Shown in pieces: positions 54,881 through 62,297 of a DNA stretch of 64,000 nucleotides. The stretch comes from Nitrospinota bacterium (GTDB taxonomy: Bacteria; Nitrospinota; Nitrospinia; Nitrospinales; VA-1): contig WAIB01000005.1 in NCBI GenBank assembly GCA_009873655.1, positions 54,689 through 118,688 of the forward strand. The letters run 5' to 3'. Below the pieces are notes generated by a model that had not been told where the DNA came from, made no database searches, and worked only from the letters and a program-made list of their open reading frames with translations. The first letter of the stretch is position 1, and each line of letters begins with the position of its first letter. Position numbers and translations under genes: made by a program.

Positions 54881-56574
54881 CCTTTCACAAATTTCCAAAT
54901 ATCCTCACCCGGATTCAAAATTCCAGACTTGATGATTTTCTGATTTATGATCACACCGTGATCCATTAGAAACCAGAATCGTAAAAGCAGTTTTTCTTCT
55001 GGTGTGGTGTACGCGTCTTCCCATTGGGTGGTGGACTTGTGGGATGCGATGGCGTTATAAAGAGAGGCAGGAATATCGAGCCTCTTTTTCTGGATGAAGC
55101 TTTTATATCCTTCCAACAATATAGATTGAAACTGTTTTCTACTGATCTTGATCAACTCTGAAACACTGGGTATTTGGTTATCGTGATATTCGAAAAACTT
55201 CAGCTTGTAATATTGGTGAATGGTTTCCAAACGAAAATAACAGTGAAGTTCAGAAACCTGATCGCCATAAACTTTTTCAAGGTATTTTCGAATCAAAGGT
55301 TTTCCAGCCTTCAGCAAAAGCTTATTGAGTCGGCCCCGCTCAAATAAATGGATACGGACCGTGCTCAGATGCTTGGTGCATTGAGCTTCAATATCAGCTC
55401 TGATTCTTTGTCCATTCGGAGGAATGCGATACCAGACGATTTCATCACTGGCCACCTGCAAGGATTGCTGAAAGGCTTCGCTGATTTGATGGTTGTTGGA
55501 CCGTTTCGCCTGCTTGGCGATCATGTAAGCATTGTCTTTTAAAAACCCAAGGTCCAACAACTCGTTTTGAAAAACCTTGCGGTTGCCCATCAAAAACCCG
55601 CCCCGCTCTTTAATATGGTCTTTCGCTTTATCCACTCCTCTTAGGGCAAGGCTCACATCTCTGGGCATTAAGTCCAATCCCAGTTCTTGAGAAAACTCAT
55701 AAATCTCTTCAAGCGTTTTATAATTCAACTTGTCAATGAATAGAAATTTTTGAATATTGGCCTCACTGAAGTTGCAGGCCTCGAAAATTTTAATTTTTTT
55801 GTATTTGATTTCTTCCCAGTATTTGCGCGTACCTTCCTTTTTCTTAAACTGCGATTGAATTTCAGATCTTGCTTTAAAAAAATAACTTCGCAACAAATAC
55901 CACTCGCTTTCGAGAGTGGACTCAATAATCCAAATGTATTTTGGAGTTAAAACGGGAAGCTTGGGGTCATCCAGAAGTTTGATTTCACCCGTGGCGAGAA
56001 TATAATCGAGCAAATCCAAATGCCGTTCCAGGAGAATTGGGTTTATCTGCTCAATGAACTTCCGAAAAATCGTTTTCCAGCGAAAGGGATCAAATTCCTG
56101 AACGGACTCCGTCAACTTCTTTTGCTCTTTCAACGTCTTTTTAACCCGCTGCAAGCCGTTTTTTTCCATTTTTTCGAACAGCTTATCTCTTCCTGATATA
56201 TCGCTGATCTTTATTTGTTTCAGCCGACCGATCAATGAGGGGATTTTTTCGGAAAATTGCAGGTCAAATTCTTCATAGGAACCGGCATCTGAAAAATAGA
56301 CCTCTGAGAGCAGGTCATCCACGTAATCGAGAGAGGCCACCACTTTTTTGACCAGTTTTTTATAAAGGTCAAAATCGAGGTTTTTATTGCCCGTTTGACA
56401 AGCACGGATATCATTTAAAAAAGTCCGGGCCCTTTTCGTTTCTTCAGGCTGGGAATGGGGATCATTGATGACATTTAGAAACAGGCTTTCGGCCCCTTGC
56501 AATTCCCGCTTGGCAAGGAGTTCCAGCCCTTGTGTCATGGAATCATAAATAAACATAAAAAATTTGAATCCCAT
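54856..56574 (-). CDS. hypothetical protein, 572 aa, no recognisable domain
   Basis: A long uninterrupted track ORF, Lys-rich, with one TPR-like helix pair at the N-terminus. Its 3' end overlaps the convergent ygfZ fusion gene by 25 nt. No convincing SD was seen, so the start is uncertain. Confidence 0.6.
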   Translation of the reverse strand: MGFKFFMFIYDSMTQGLELLAKRELQGAESLFLNVINDPHSQPEETKRARTFLNDIRACQTGNKNLDFDLYKKLVKKVVASLDYVDDLLSEVYFSDAGSYEEFDLQFSEKIPSLIGRLKQIKISDISGRDKLFEKMEKNGLQRVKKTLKEQKKLTESVQEFDPFRWKTIFRKFIEQINPILLERHLDLLDYILATGEIKLLDDPKLPVLTPKYIWIIESTLESEWYLLRSYFFKARSEIQSQFKKKEGTRKYWEEIKYKKIKIFEACNFSEANIQKFLFIDKLNYKTLEEIYEFSQELGLDLMPRDVSLALRGVDKAKDHIKERGGFLMGNRKVFQNELLDLGFLKDNAYMIAKQAKRSNNHQISEAFQQSLQVASDEIVWYRIPPNGQRIRADIEAQCTKHLSTVRIHLFERGRLNKLLLKAGKPLIRKYLEKVYGDQVSELHCYFRLETIHQYYKLKFFEYHDNQIPSVSELIKISRKQFQSILLEGYKSFIQKKRLDIPASLYNAIASHKSTTQWEDAYTTPEEKLLLRFWFLMDHGVIINQKIIKSGILNPGEDIWKFVKGQGEECNS

Positions 56575-56855
56575 AGGGATTTTTAAAGAAAGTCTTTAAA
56601 TAACCCCCGCCACCTTCATTTCACCAGAGGATTTAACAGGAAACCAACCCAGCATTGATAGAAGCTTTGGGGCGAAGGAGATCTACTAATATTTGCAGCC
56701 CAACTCCTGCTGTTTTTTGCAGCTAGCGGGCTTCCTGGGATGTTCTGTGTATTTCTAGAACTTTCTATTTAGATGCTTTCGGAAAGGGAGAAGATTTTTA
56801 ATTAACAGGAATTTTTACGTATTGTTTGCGTATTGGGACAGGAAAATAATTCGGC

Positions 56856-56920
56856 AAAAAAAAACCCGGAAAGTAAGCCAAATTGTGCTTACTCCTGGGC
56901 AAGGGGCGCCACAGCGCCCC
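56856..56920 (-). terminator. tandem hairpin rho-independent terminator after the TorD-like gene
   Basis: On the minus strand, GGGGCGC-ugug-GCGCCCC (56920-56903) is followed by the long bulged hairpin CCCAGGAGUAAGC-acaauuug-GCUUACUUUCCGGG (56899-56865) and then U9 (56864-56856). It starts 39 nt after the stop at 56959. Confidence 0.7.
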
Positions 56921-56958
56921 ATTCAGGATAGATCAAACTATGCAGAATGAACCTTTTT

Positions 56959-57783
56959 TTACCTGGGTTCACACTCCGAAGGTGCGTTTGCAATCAGGTC
57001 GTTCTCCATACTGTAGGATAACGACCGATATTCAGGCTCTTCTACCTTAACCGGCTTGATATCCAGCAGAAGGTTTTCATTTCGCAGAAAAATGGCCAGG
57101 ATATCTACGATATCTTTGTAGAGTCCTCGCTCGGCTTTCCGGGAAGTAAAAATACAGAACAGAGGGCCCCACCGGCCCAGATGGTTCCTCATGAATTTCT
57201 TCATGCTGCTGGTCAAGACATTAATGTTTCGTTCATCATGCCCATTCTGCACCCCATAGGCGGTTCTAAAACACATGAAGAACATGAAAGCCAACTCGAT
57301 GGAGAGATGATCCACTCTTTCCTTGGTTCTGTTTCGCGGCTGCTCAAACCCAAAGGTTTCATAGAACCCTCCTAATTGAATCAATACATCGGTTTGGGAT
57401 TGGATACCCCCTTCCGTACCGTATTGCATTTCATAGGGAGGACATTCCATTGATACCGCATGGCCGAAAACACGAACATATTCCTGCTGTACCTGTTTGA
57501 CGGTCATTTTAGGCAGATATTTGTCAAAGCCTTCTATAATTGACTTAACGTGATTCCAGTCTTCTTCATCCACCAGAGCAATATCCAATGGCTCAAGCAA
57601 CGACTTGGGCCGGAAAAACTTTCGATTCCAAGGATAACTGAACGCGCTGGAAAGTATATCGTAACAACGGCCTCTTGCCAGCTGCAGAGAAATTCGCTCT
57701 TCTTTCAACTCCTCCAGAGAACCGGTCTGACCAAGAACCGCGAGCATCGGGTCACTTGCTTTAGCTTGAGTAACATCTCCCAT
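56959..57783 (-). CDS. TorD/NarJ-like redox-enzyme maturation chaperone (type II DMSO-reductase family chaperone type)
   Basis: Track ORF of 274 aa: RGRCYDILSSAFSYP, QQEYVRVFG....ECPPYEMQYG, GGFYETFGF...ERVDHLSIELAFMFFM. This follows the E(Y/F)..(L/V)F / PYE..YG / DH...EL.FM pattern of PF02613-type chaperones. Confidence 0.75.
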   Translation of the reverse strand: MGDVTQAKASDPMLAVLGQTGSLEELKEERISLQLARGRCYDILSSAFSYPWNRKFFRPKSLLEPLDIALVDEEDWNHVKSIIEGFDKYLPKMTVKQVQQEYVRVFGHAVSMECPPYEMQYGTEGGIQSQTDVLIQLGGFYETFGFEQPRNRTKERVDHLSIELAFMFFMCFRTAYGVQNGHDERNINVLTSSMKKFMRNHLGRWGPLFCIFTSRKAERGLYKDIVDILAIFLRNENLLLDIKPVKVEEPEYRSLSYSMENDLIANAPSECEPR

Positions 57784-57863
57784 TTTTCTTAATCTCCATA
57801 TTGTTTCAGAAATTCCGGCCCATTGGAGGCACCCGAAATCTGAATTGATTCACGCCGCACAGG

Positions 57864-59042
57864 TTAACCAACACCGGCCCGTAATTCATACACCTCAACA
57901 CATCGGTCACATGCGCCATCTTTACTTTCCCAGTCCGGAAAATCAATCTGGATTGCTTCAATGACCATTTCATCACAAATACTTTCAGGATCATCCACCC
58001 AGTTATAAGTTGGGAATTTGCATAATGGGCAAGGCGAACCTTGAAGATGGATGAAATCCCGCTCTTCTTCTGAAATTTCTCCCGGGTCAACATATTTACT
58101 CATTAAAGTATCAAGATCGGTGGCCATCGAGAGAAGTTCTTCATGTGTAAACTTTTCTGTTATCCAGATTCCTTCAAAAATTCCCCTTCTTTGCTTATCC
58201 GGAATTTTTCGGTAGAAATTATCAAACTCACGAAACCGGGCTTCCTTGGGCAGGACAGATACAACACCCATTCGAGCCAGCCGGGCATCGACATACATAT
58301 TCCACAGAAGTCTGAAACGCGAGGTAATTAGATTCTTTACGGATGGGTTGCCGGGAATGAATGCGTCCTCATAGTCAAACTCGGGATCGACCATATCCTT
58401 GGCATGCATGAACTCCTGTATCAGAAAGGCATCCAGATCCATTGCTTCTTCCGGGTTGCTGAACCGGCTCGCGAGCACTCTCATTTCAATAATCGGGTTG
58501 CCTGAAACCCGGTTGAGAACATTGGAGCCTTCATCCACTTTGTTGATCGCTCTTTTTACGACGACTTCTTTGATGCGCTCTTCAAATTCGCGTGCCAGAT
58601 CGTAAGCGATCTCATCATTATTTTCTTCGGGTTCGGGACTTTCTTCAGGGCCGGACTCCTCTTCCGCTACGGCTACCAACTCATTCTCGTTTTGTTCCTC
58701 TTCCGCTGTTTCAGAGGGTATTTCCCCCTGCTCTGCAGCAGGTTCTGCTTCCTCGTTGGACTTGAGTAAAGCGGATTTTTTGGAGGTTCGTTTTCTCTTT
58801 GGGATAAGGCCTACCGCTTCCAGGGCTCTTAAAACATGATCGCCCAGCTTGAGTTTTTCCAGGAAAAACAGGCGGTTTACTTTTTCGAAGGCGACTTCCC
58901 GATCATCTTCAGGAAGTTCATAAATGGGATCGGCCAGGGAATGAAATTCGTCATAATCAGAGCGGTAACCCGACCGTTCCAGATGGTTCAAATGCCGGAA
59001 TACCGACTCTTCCATTAACTGAGCACTGTAACTAACTTTCAT
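57864..59042 (-). CDS. hypothetical protein, 392 aa, with an acidic low-complexity linker and a C-terminal CxxC...CxxC zinc-ribbon-like motif
   Basis: Track ORF. It has a Glu-rich segment (EEAEPAAEQGEIPSETAEEEQNENELVAVAEEESGPEESPEPEENNDE) and a C-terminus SPCPLCKFPTYNW...DGACDRCVEVYE. It lies 80 nt upstream of the TorD-like gene on the same strand, with no terminator between them. Confidence 0.65.
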   Translation of the reverse strand: MKVSYSAQLMEESVFRHLNHLERSGYRSDYDEFHSLADPIYELPEDDREVAFEKVNRLFFLEKLKLGDHVLRALEAVGLIPKRKRTSKKSALLKSNEEAEPAAEQGEIPSETAEEEQNENELVAVAEEESGPEESPEPEENNDEIAYDLAREFEERIKEVVVKRAINKVDEGSNVLNRVSGNPIIEMRVLASRFSNPEEAMDLDAFLIQEFMHAKDMVDPEFDYEDAFIPGNPSVKNLITSRFRLLWNMYVDARLARMGVVSVLPKEARFREFDNFYRKIPDKQRRGIFEGIWITEKFTHEELLSMATDLDTLMSKYVDPGEISEEERDFIHLQGSPCPLCKFPTYNWVDDPESICDEMVIEAIQIDFPDWESKDGACDRCVEVYELRAGVG

Positions 59043-59133
59043 AAATCCAGATAACTGTTAAAGCCTGAAAATTGATGCGCTTACCGCAAAAAAAGGCCTT
59101 AATTCCCTCGTTTTATTTCTTTTGGTTAAAGGT

Positions 59134-59163
59134 AATTTAGCTCCTTTTAAAGGCTTATGTCAA
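59134..59163 (-). promoter_or_regulatory. possible sigma70-type promoter TTGACA-N18-TAAATT for the 392-aa gene
   Basis: Minus strand reading: cTTGACAtaagcctttaaaaggagcTAAATTacc, about 90 nt upstream of the ATG at 59042. Confidence 0.3.
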
Positions 59164-59379
59164 GACAAAAGGCCTTTATTTTTTAGGAGTTACGCATCAA
59201 ACAACTCTCGGCTGCAATTTCATGAAGGATCGAAATTGCCTCCAGAAACTTTGCTTATTAATCCTTATTTTATACTTTTTGAAGGCTCAACACCAGATTA
59301 TTCCTACCTTCAAAAATCAATAAGATTCACGAATTCAAATAATATGACATCGATCGAAAAATTCTTGAAACAATTCCCA

Positions 59380-61989
59380 TTATTTCTTATCGATCTCATC
59401 TCTCATTTTTTCCATGGCCTGGATGGCTTCCATGATCGGTTCAGGATCCCCGAGGTCACGGGCAATTTCACGCGCATCCTTCAAATAACTATCGAACTCA
59501 TCAAACCGACCCACGAGCAACTGCATTCTTGCCACCGTCAAGTTAAACTGGATCAAATTCGACCAGTTTTTTGTTTCACGAAAACATTCCGCAGCCTGTC
59601 CAAAATATTTTTCCGCGTCATCGTATTTTAAATCCTTGAACTTCAGATTCCCCAGATACGTTAAATCCTGACCGGCTCCCCTCTTGTCATCCACCGCCTG
59701 AGTGAGTTCCAATGCTTTCAAATACAGCTCTTCAGCCTCTTTTCGCTTCCCATTACTGAATGCGAGGTTTCCAAGATTGCGATAGTCTTCGGCGATTTCG
59801 GTTTTGTCATTCAATTTCCGGGATATCTCAAATGCCCGGTTGAAATCGTTGTTGGCTTTTTCGCGGTACCCTCTTTCCATATTAAATTTTCCCAGGTTCC
59901 TGAGGTCCGCGCAGATTTCCTTGGGTTCGTTGAGGTTTTCAGAAGTTTCCAGAGCTTTTCCATAAAACTTCTCCTGGCTGGCCCGTTCTTTTTTCTCAAC
60001 ATAAATTTTTGCCAGCACCCGGCTGTCTGCGAGAACATTACGGGCGTCGTTGATTTCTTCGGCAATTTCAAATGCTTTTAAGGCGTATTTCTCCGCATTC
60101 TCCCAGTCTTCCTTTTGCAGATAGAGGTTGTACTGGTTTCGATTGTCTTCGGCAATTTCACGTTTATTATCCGCACTGGTATTCAATGCCAGCGCCTCAA
60201 GATAATTTCTCTCGGCACCGGACCAGTCTTTTTTCTGCAGACAAATATTTCCGAGGTTTCGATAATCTGCCACCAGGCCCTTCGCATTGTTGGCAGCCTT
60301 GTTTATCTTCAAGGATTTATTCACCAGTTTTTCGGCCTTTTCCATCTTTCCTGCCAGAATCAAAACATTGAGATAATTCGCATACAGTTCTTTAAGGCCT
60401 GTCTGGTCCTTCAATTCCTCTTTAAGCTTGATGGCGTTACTGTAGTTTTCCTCCGCCCCCTTAAAATCCTCCTTCTGCATCAAGATGCTTCCCAGGTTTC
60501 CGTAGGCTCCACCCAGCGCTTGTTTATCTCCGGATTTTTCATGCAAGGCAATCGTTTCCTTTGCCACTTCTTCCGCTTCATCCCAGTTGCTGGACATGAA
60601 CAAAACGTTGCCCAGATCGTTCAACAACATCAGCTTGAGCTTGGGATCCTTTTCCGCTTCTGGTTTTTTCAGTCCCTCGCGAATGGCCTGTTTGCGATTC
60701 TCCAGGTATTTTGGCTGCGAGAAGATGAACATCAATTTATCCTGGACTCCCTGAACCCTTGCCTGCTCTTTCATTTCTTCATAAAGATCACTGGCACGCA
60801 TGAAATGGTCTTCCGCCTTATCGAACTCTTCTTTTTTTAGAAAGATGTCACCCAGTGATTCACATTGCTGGGCGATCCCGGGCCGGTTTTCATTTTTTTC
60901 CATCAACTCCAAAGACCGCAGATACTGCTCTTCTGCGGCATCCCAGTTTTTCTGCAGGCCGCGGACATTACCCAGGTTGGCATAACTGCGCGCCTCACCC
61001 AGCGCGTCACCCAGCTCCTGCATGGTTTTGAGGGATTTCTCAAAATTTTCCCAGGCCAGTTCGAGTTTGTTCTGGTTGAGGTAAATGTTTCCCAGGCTGC
61101 CGAGAAGGTAAGAGTTCCTGCGTTTGTCGGAGTCCCCAATGACCTCCAGGGCTTTTTTGAAATACGTTTCCGCCTCATCCACTTTTTCAGGCTGGCCCTC
61201 CGTGGACATTTGCAAATAAATACCCGCTAGATTCGCATAGCAAATACCGGCAGAAGCTTTGTCGCCCAACTCCTCCAAAAGGGTCATGGTTTTTTGGATG
61301 GTCTCGATCACCTTGTCCATGCGGTTCCACTGGAAATAGATTTCTTCGAGTTCCTGCAGTTTGGAGATGGCTTTGGTTTTTTGTCCCGTGGAGATAAGTG
61401 ACTCCACGTCCGCGGCAAGGGCTTCTTCGTTTTTCTTTAAAAACAGGGGGGATTTTTTAATCGAATCAATGCGATCTTCGAGCTGCTTTATTTTTCTTTC
61501 ATCCTGCTTTGCAGCAGCCATGAACTCTTTGGCTTTTTCGTAATACTCAATCGCCTTTTCGGCTTCCTCTTTTTTCAAAAAGATATTGCCCAGGTATTCA
61601 CTGTAGATGCCCTGCCCCAAAGGGTCGTTGGCCTCAACCATAATCTGCATGGCCTTCTGGTAATTTTCTTCCGCTTTGTCGAAGCTTCCCTGGTAAAAAT
61701 AAACGTTACCCAGATTGCCCAGGGAGCTTTCTATTCCCTTTGCATCTTTCAACTTTTCCATGAAAGTGAGTGAACGGGAATAAAACTCTTCCGCCTTGTC
61801 AAATTGCTTGCTCTGAAAACTGATATTGCCCAGGTTACCCAAAACATAAGCCTGCCCCGCATCGTCGCCTTCCTTTTCCATCTCCTTCAAGGCGGCAAGG
61901 AAATTGGTCTCTGCTTCCTGGATGTTGTTCTTCTGCAAATTCTCGTAACCGAGATTTTCCAGCTTTCTTCCTTCACTCACTTCACTCAT
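59380..61989 (-). CDS. large tetratricopeptide-repeat protein (about 20 repeats of about 40 aa, TPR_10/12 type)
   Basis: Track ORF of 869 aa. It shows repeated A......LGN.g.vy...g.fdkAee.y.kaL.i.e.l.d motifs from N- to C-terminus with no catalytic domain recognised. A GAAGGTGG SD lies upstream. Confidence 0.9.
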   Translation of the reverse strand: MSEVSEGRKLENLGYENLQKNNIQEAETNFLAALKEMEKEGDDAGQAYVLGNLGNISFQSKQFDKAEEFYSRSLTFMEKLKDAKGIESSLGNLGNVYFYQGSFDKAEENYQKAMQIMVEANDPLGQGIYSEYLGNIFLKKEEAEKAIEYYEKAKEFMAAAKQDERKIKQLEDRIDSIKKSPLFLKKNEEALAADVESLISTGQKTKAISKLQELEEIYFQWNRMDKVIETIQKTMTLLEELGDKASAGICYANLAGIYLQMSTEGQPEKVDEAETYFKKALEVIGDSDKRRNSYLLGSLGNIYLNQNKLELAWENFEKSLKTMQELGDALGEARSYANLGNVRGLQKNWDAAEEQYLRSLELMEKNENRPGIAQQCESLGDIFLKKEEFDKAEDHFMRASDLYEEMKEQARVQGVQDKLMFIFSQPKYLENRKQAIREGLKKPEAEKDPKLKLMLLNDLGNVLFMSSNWDEAEEVAKETIALHEKSGDKQALGGAYGNLGSILMQKEDFKGAEENYSNAIKLKEELKDQTGLKELYANYLNVLILAGKMEKAEKLVNKSLKINKAANNAKGLVADYRNLGNICLQKKDWSGAERNYLEALALNTSADNKREIAEDNRNQYNLYLQKEDWENAEKYALKAFEIAEEINDARNVLADSRVLAKIYVEKKERASQEKFYGKALETSENLNEPKEICADLRNLGKFNMERGYREKANNDFNRAFEISRKLNDKTEIAEDYRNLGNLAFSNGKRKEAEELYLKALELTQAVDDKRGAGQDLTYLGNLKFKDLKYDDAEKYFGQAAECFRETKNWSNLIQFNLTVARMQLLVGRFDEFDSYLKDAREIARDLGDPEPIMEAIQAMEKMRDEIDKK

Positions 61990-62139
61990 AACCGGGCACC
62001 ACCTTCTTTAAAATTTTGATTTTCAAATTATTATATTGTTCTGAAATAGAAAGACGGCAAGAGACCGATAAAAAGCCCTGCCATCAACATAAGTATTTCA
62101 AGCTAAATGAGTTATTTTGATAATATTTGTGTGGTTCAA

Positions 62140-62168
62140 ATTATAGAATTCTCAGGGGCCTCTGTCAA
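62140..62168 (-). promoter_or_regulatory. perfect-consensus sigma70 promoter TTGACA-N17-TATAAT (drives the TPR gene)
   Basis: The reverse complement of 62138-62170 reads gaTTGACAgaggcccctgagaattcTATAATtt. The predicted 5' UTR is about 145 nt. Confidence 0.55.
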
Positions 62169-62220
62169 TCATTCCACCTGACGTAATAATACCTTATTTT
62201 TCAAACAGAAAGGACATTGG

Positions 62221-62250
62221 TTGACAGACTGGAAGAAGGCTCACTATAAT
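62221..62250 (+). promoter_or_regulatory. perfect-hexamer sigma70 promoter TTGACA-N18-TATAAT (drives the ORF starting at 62298)
   Basis: Read directly: ggTTGACAgactggaagaaggctcacTATAATcacc. The -10 hexamer ends 48 nt before GTG 62298. Confidence 0.6.
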
Positions 62251-62297
62251 CACCTCTTCATTCTCACAAGCAAAGCAACACCACGAAAGGATCCATA

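Noticed and set aside
56720-56745. A sigma54-like GG-N10-GC spacing on the minus strand (caGGaagcccgctaGCtgca) upstream of the 572-aa gene.
   Set aside because: Only the GG and GC dinucleotides match the TGGCAC-N5-TTGCA consensus.
59380-61989. Periodic repetition in the TPR gene, and likewise in the LRR gene at 13991..15061, considered as a possible CRISPR-like or tandem DNA repeat array.
   Set aside because: The periodicity is at the protein-motif level (about 40-aa and about 28-aa units) inside long open reading frames. There are no identical DNA repeats with unique spacers.
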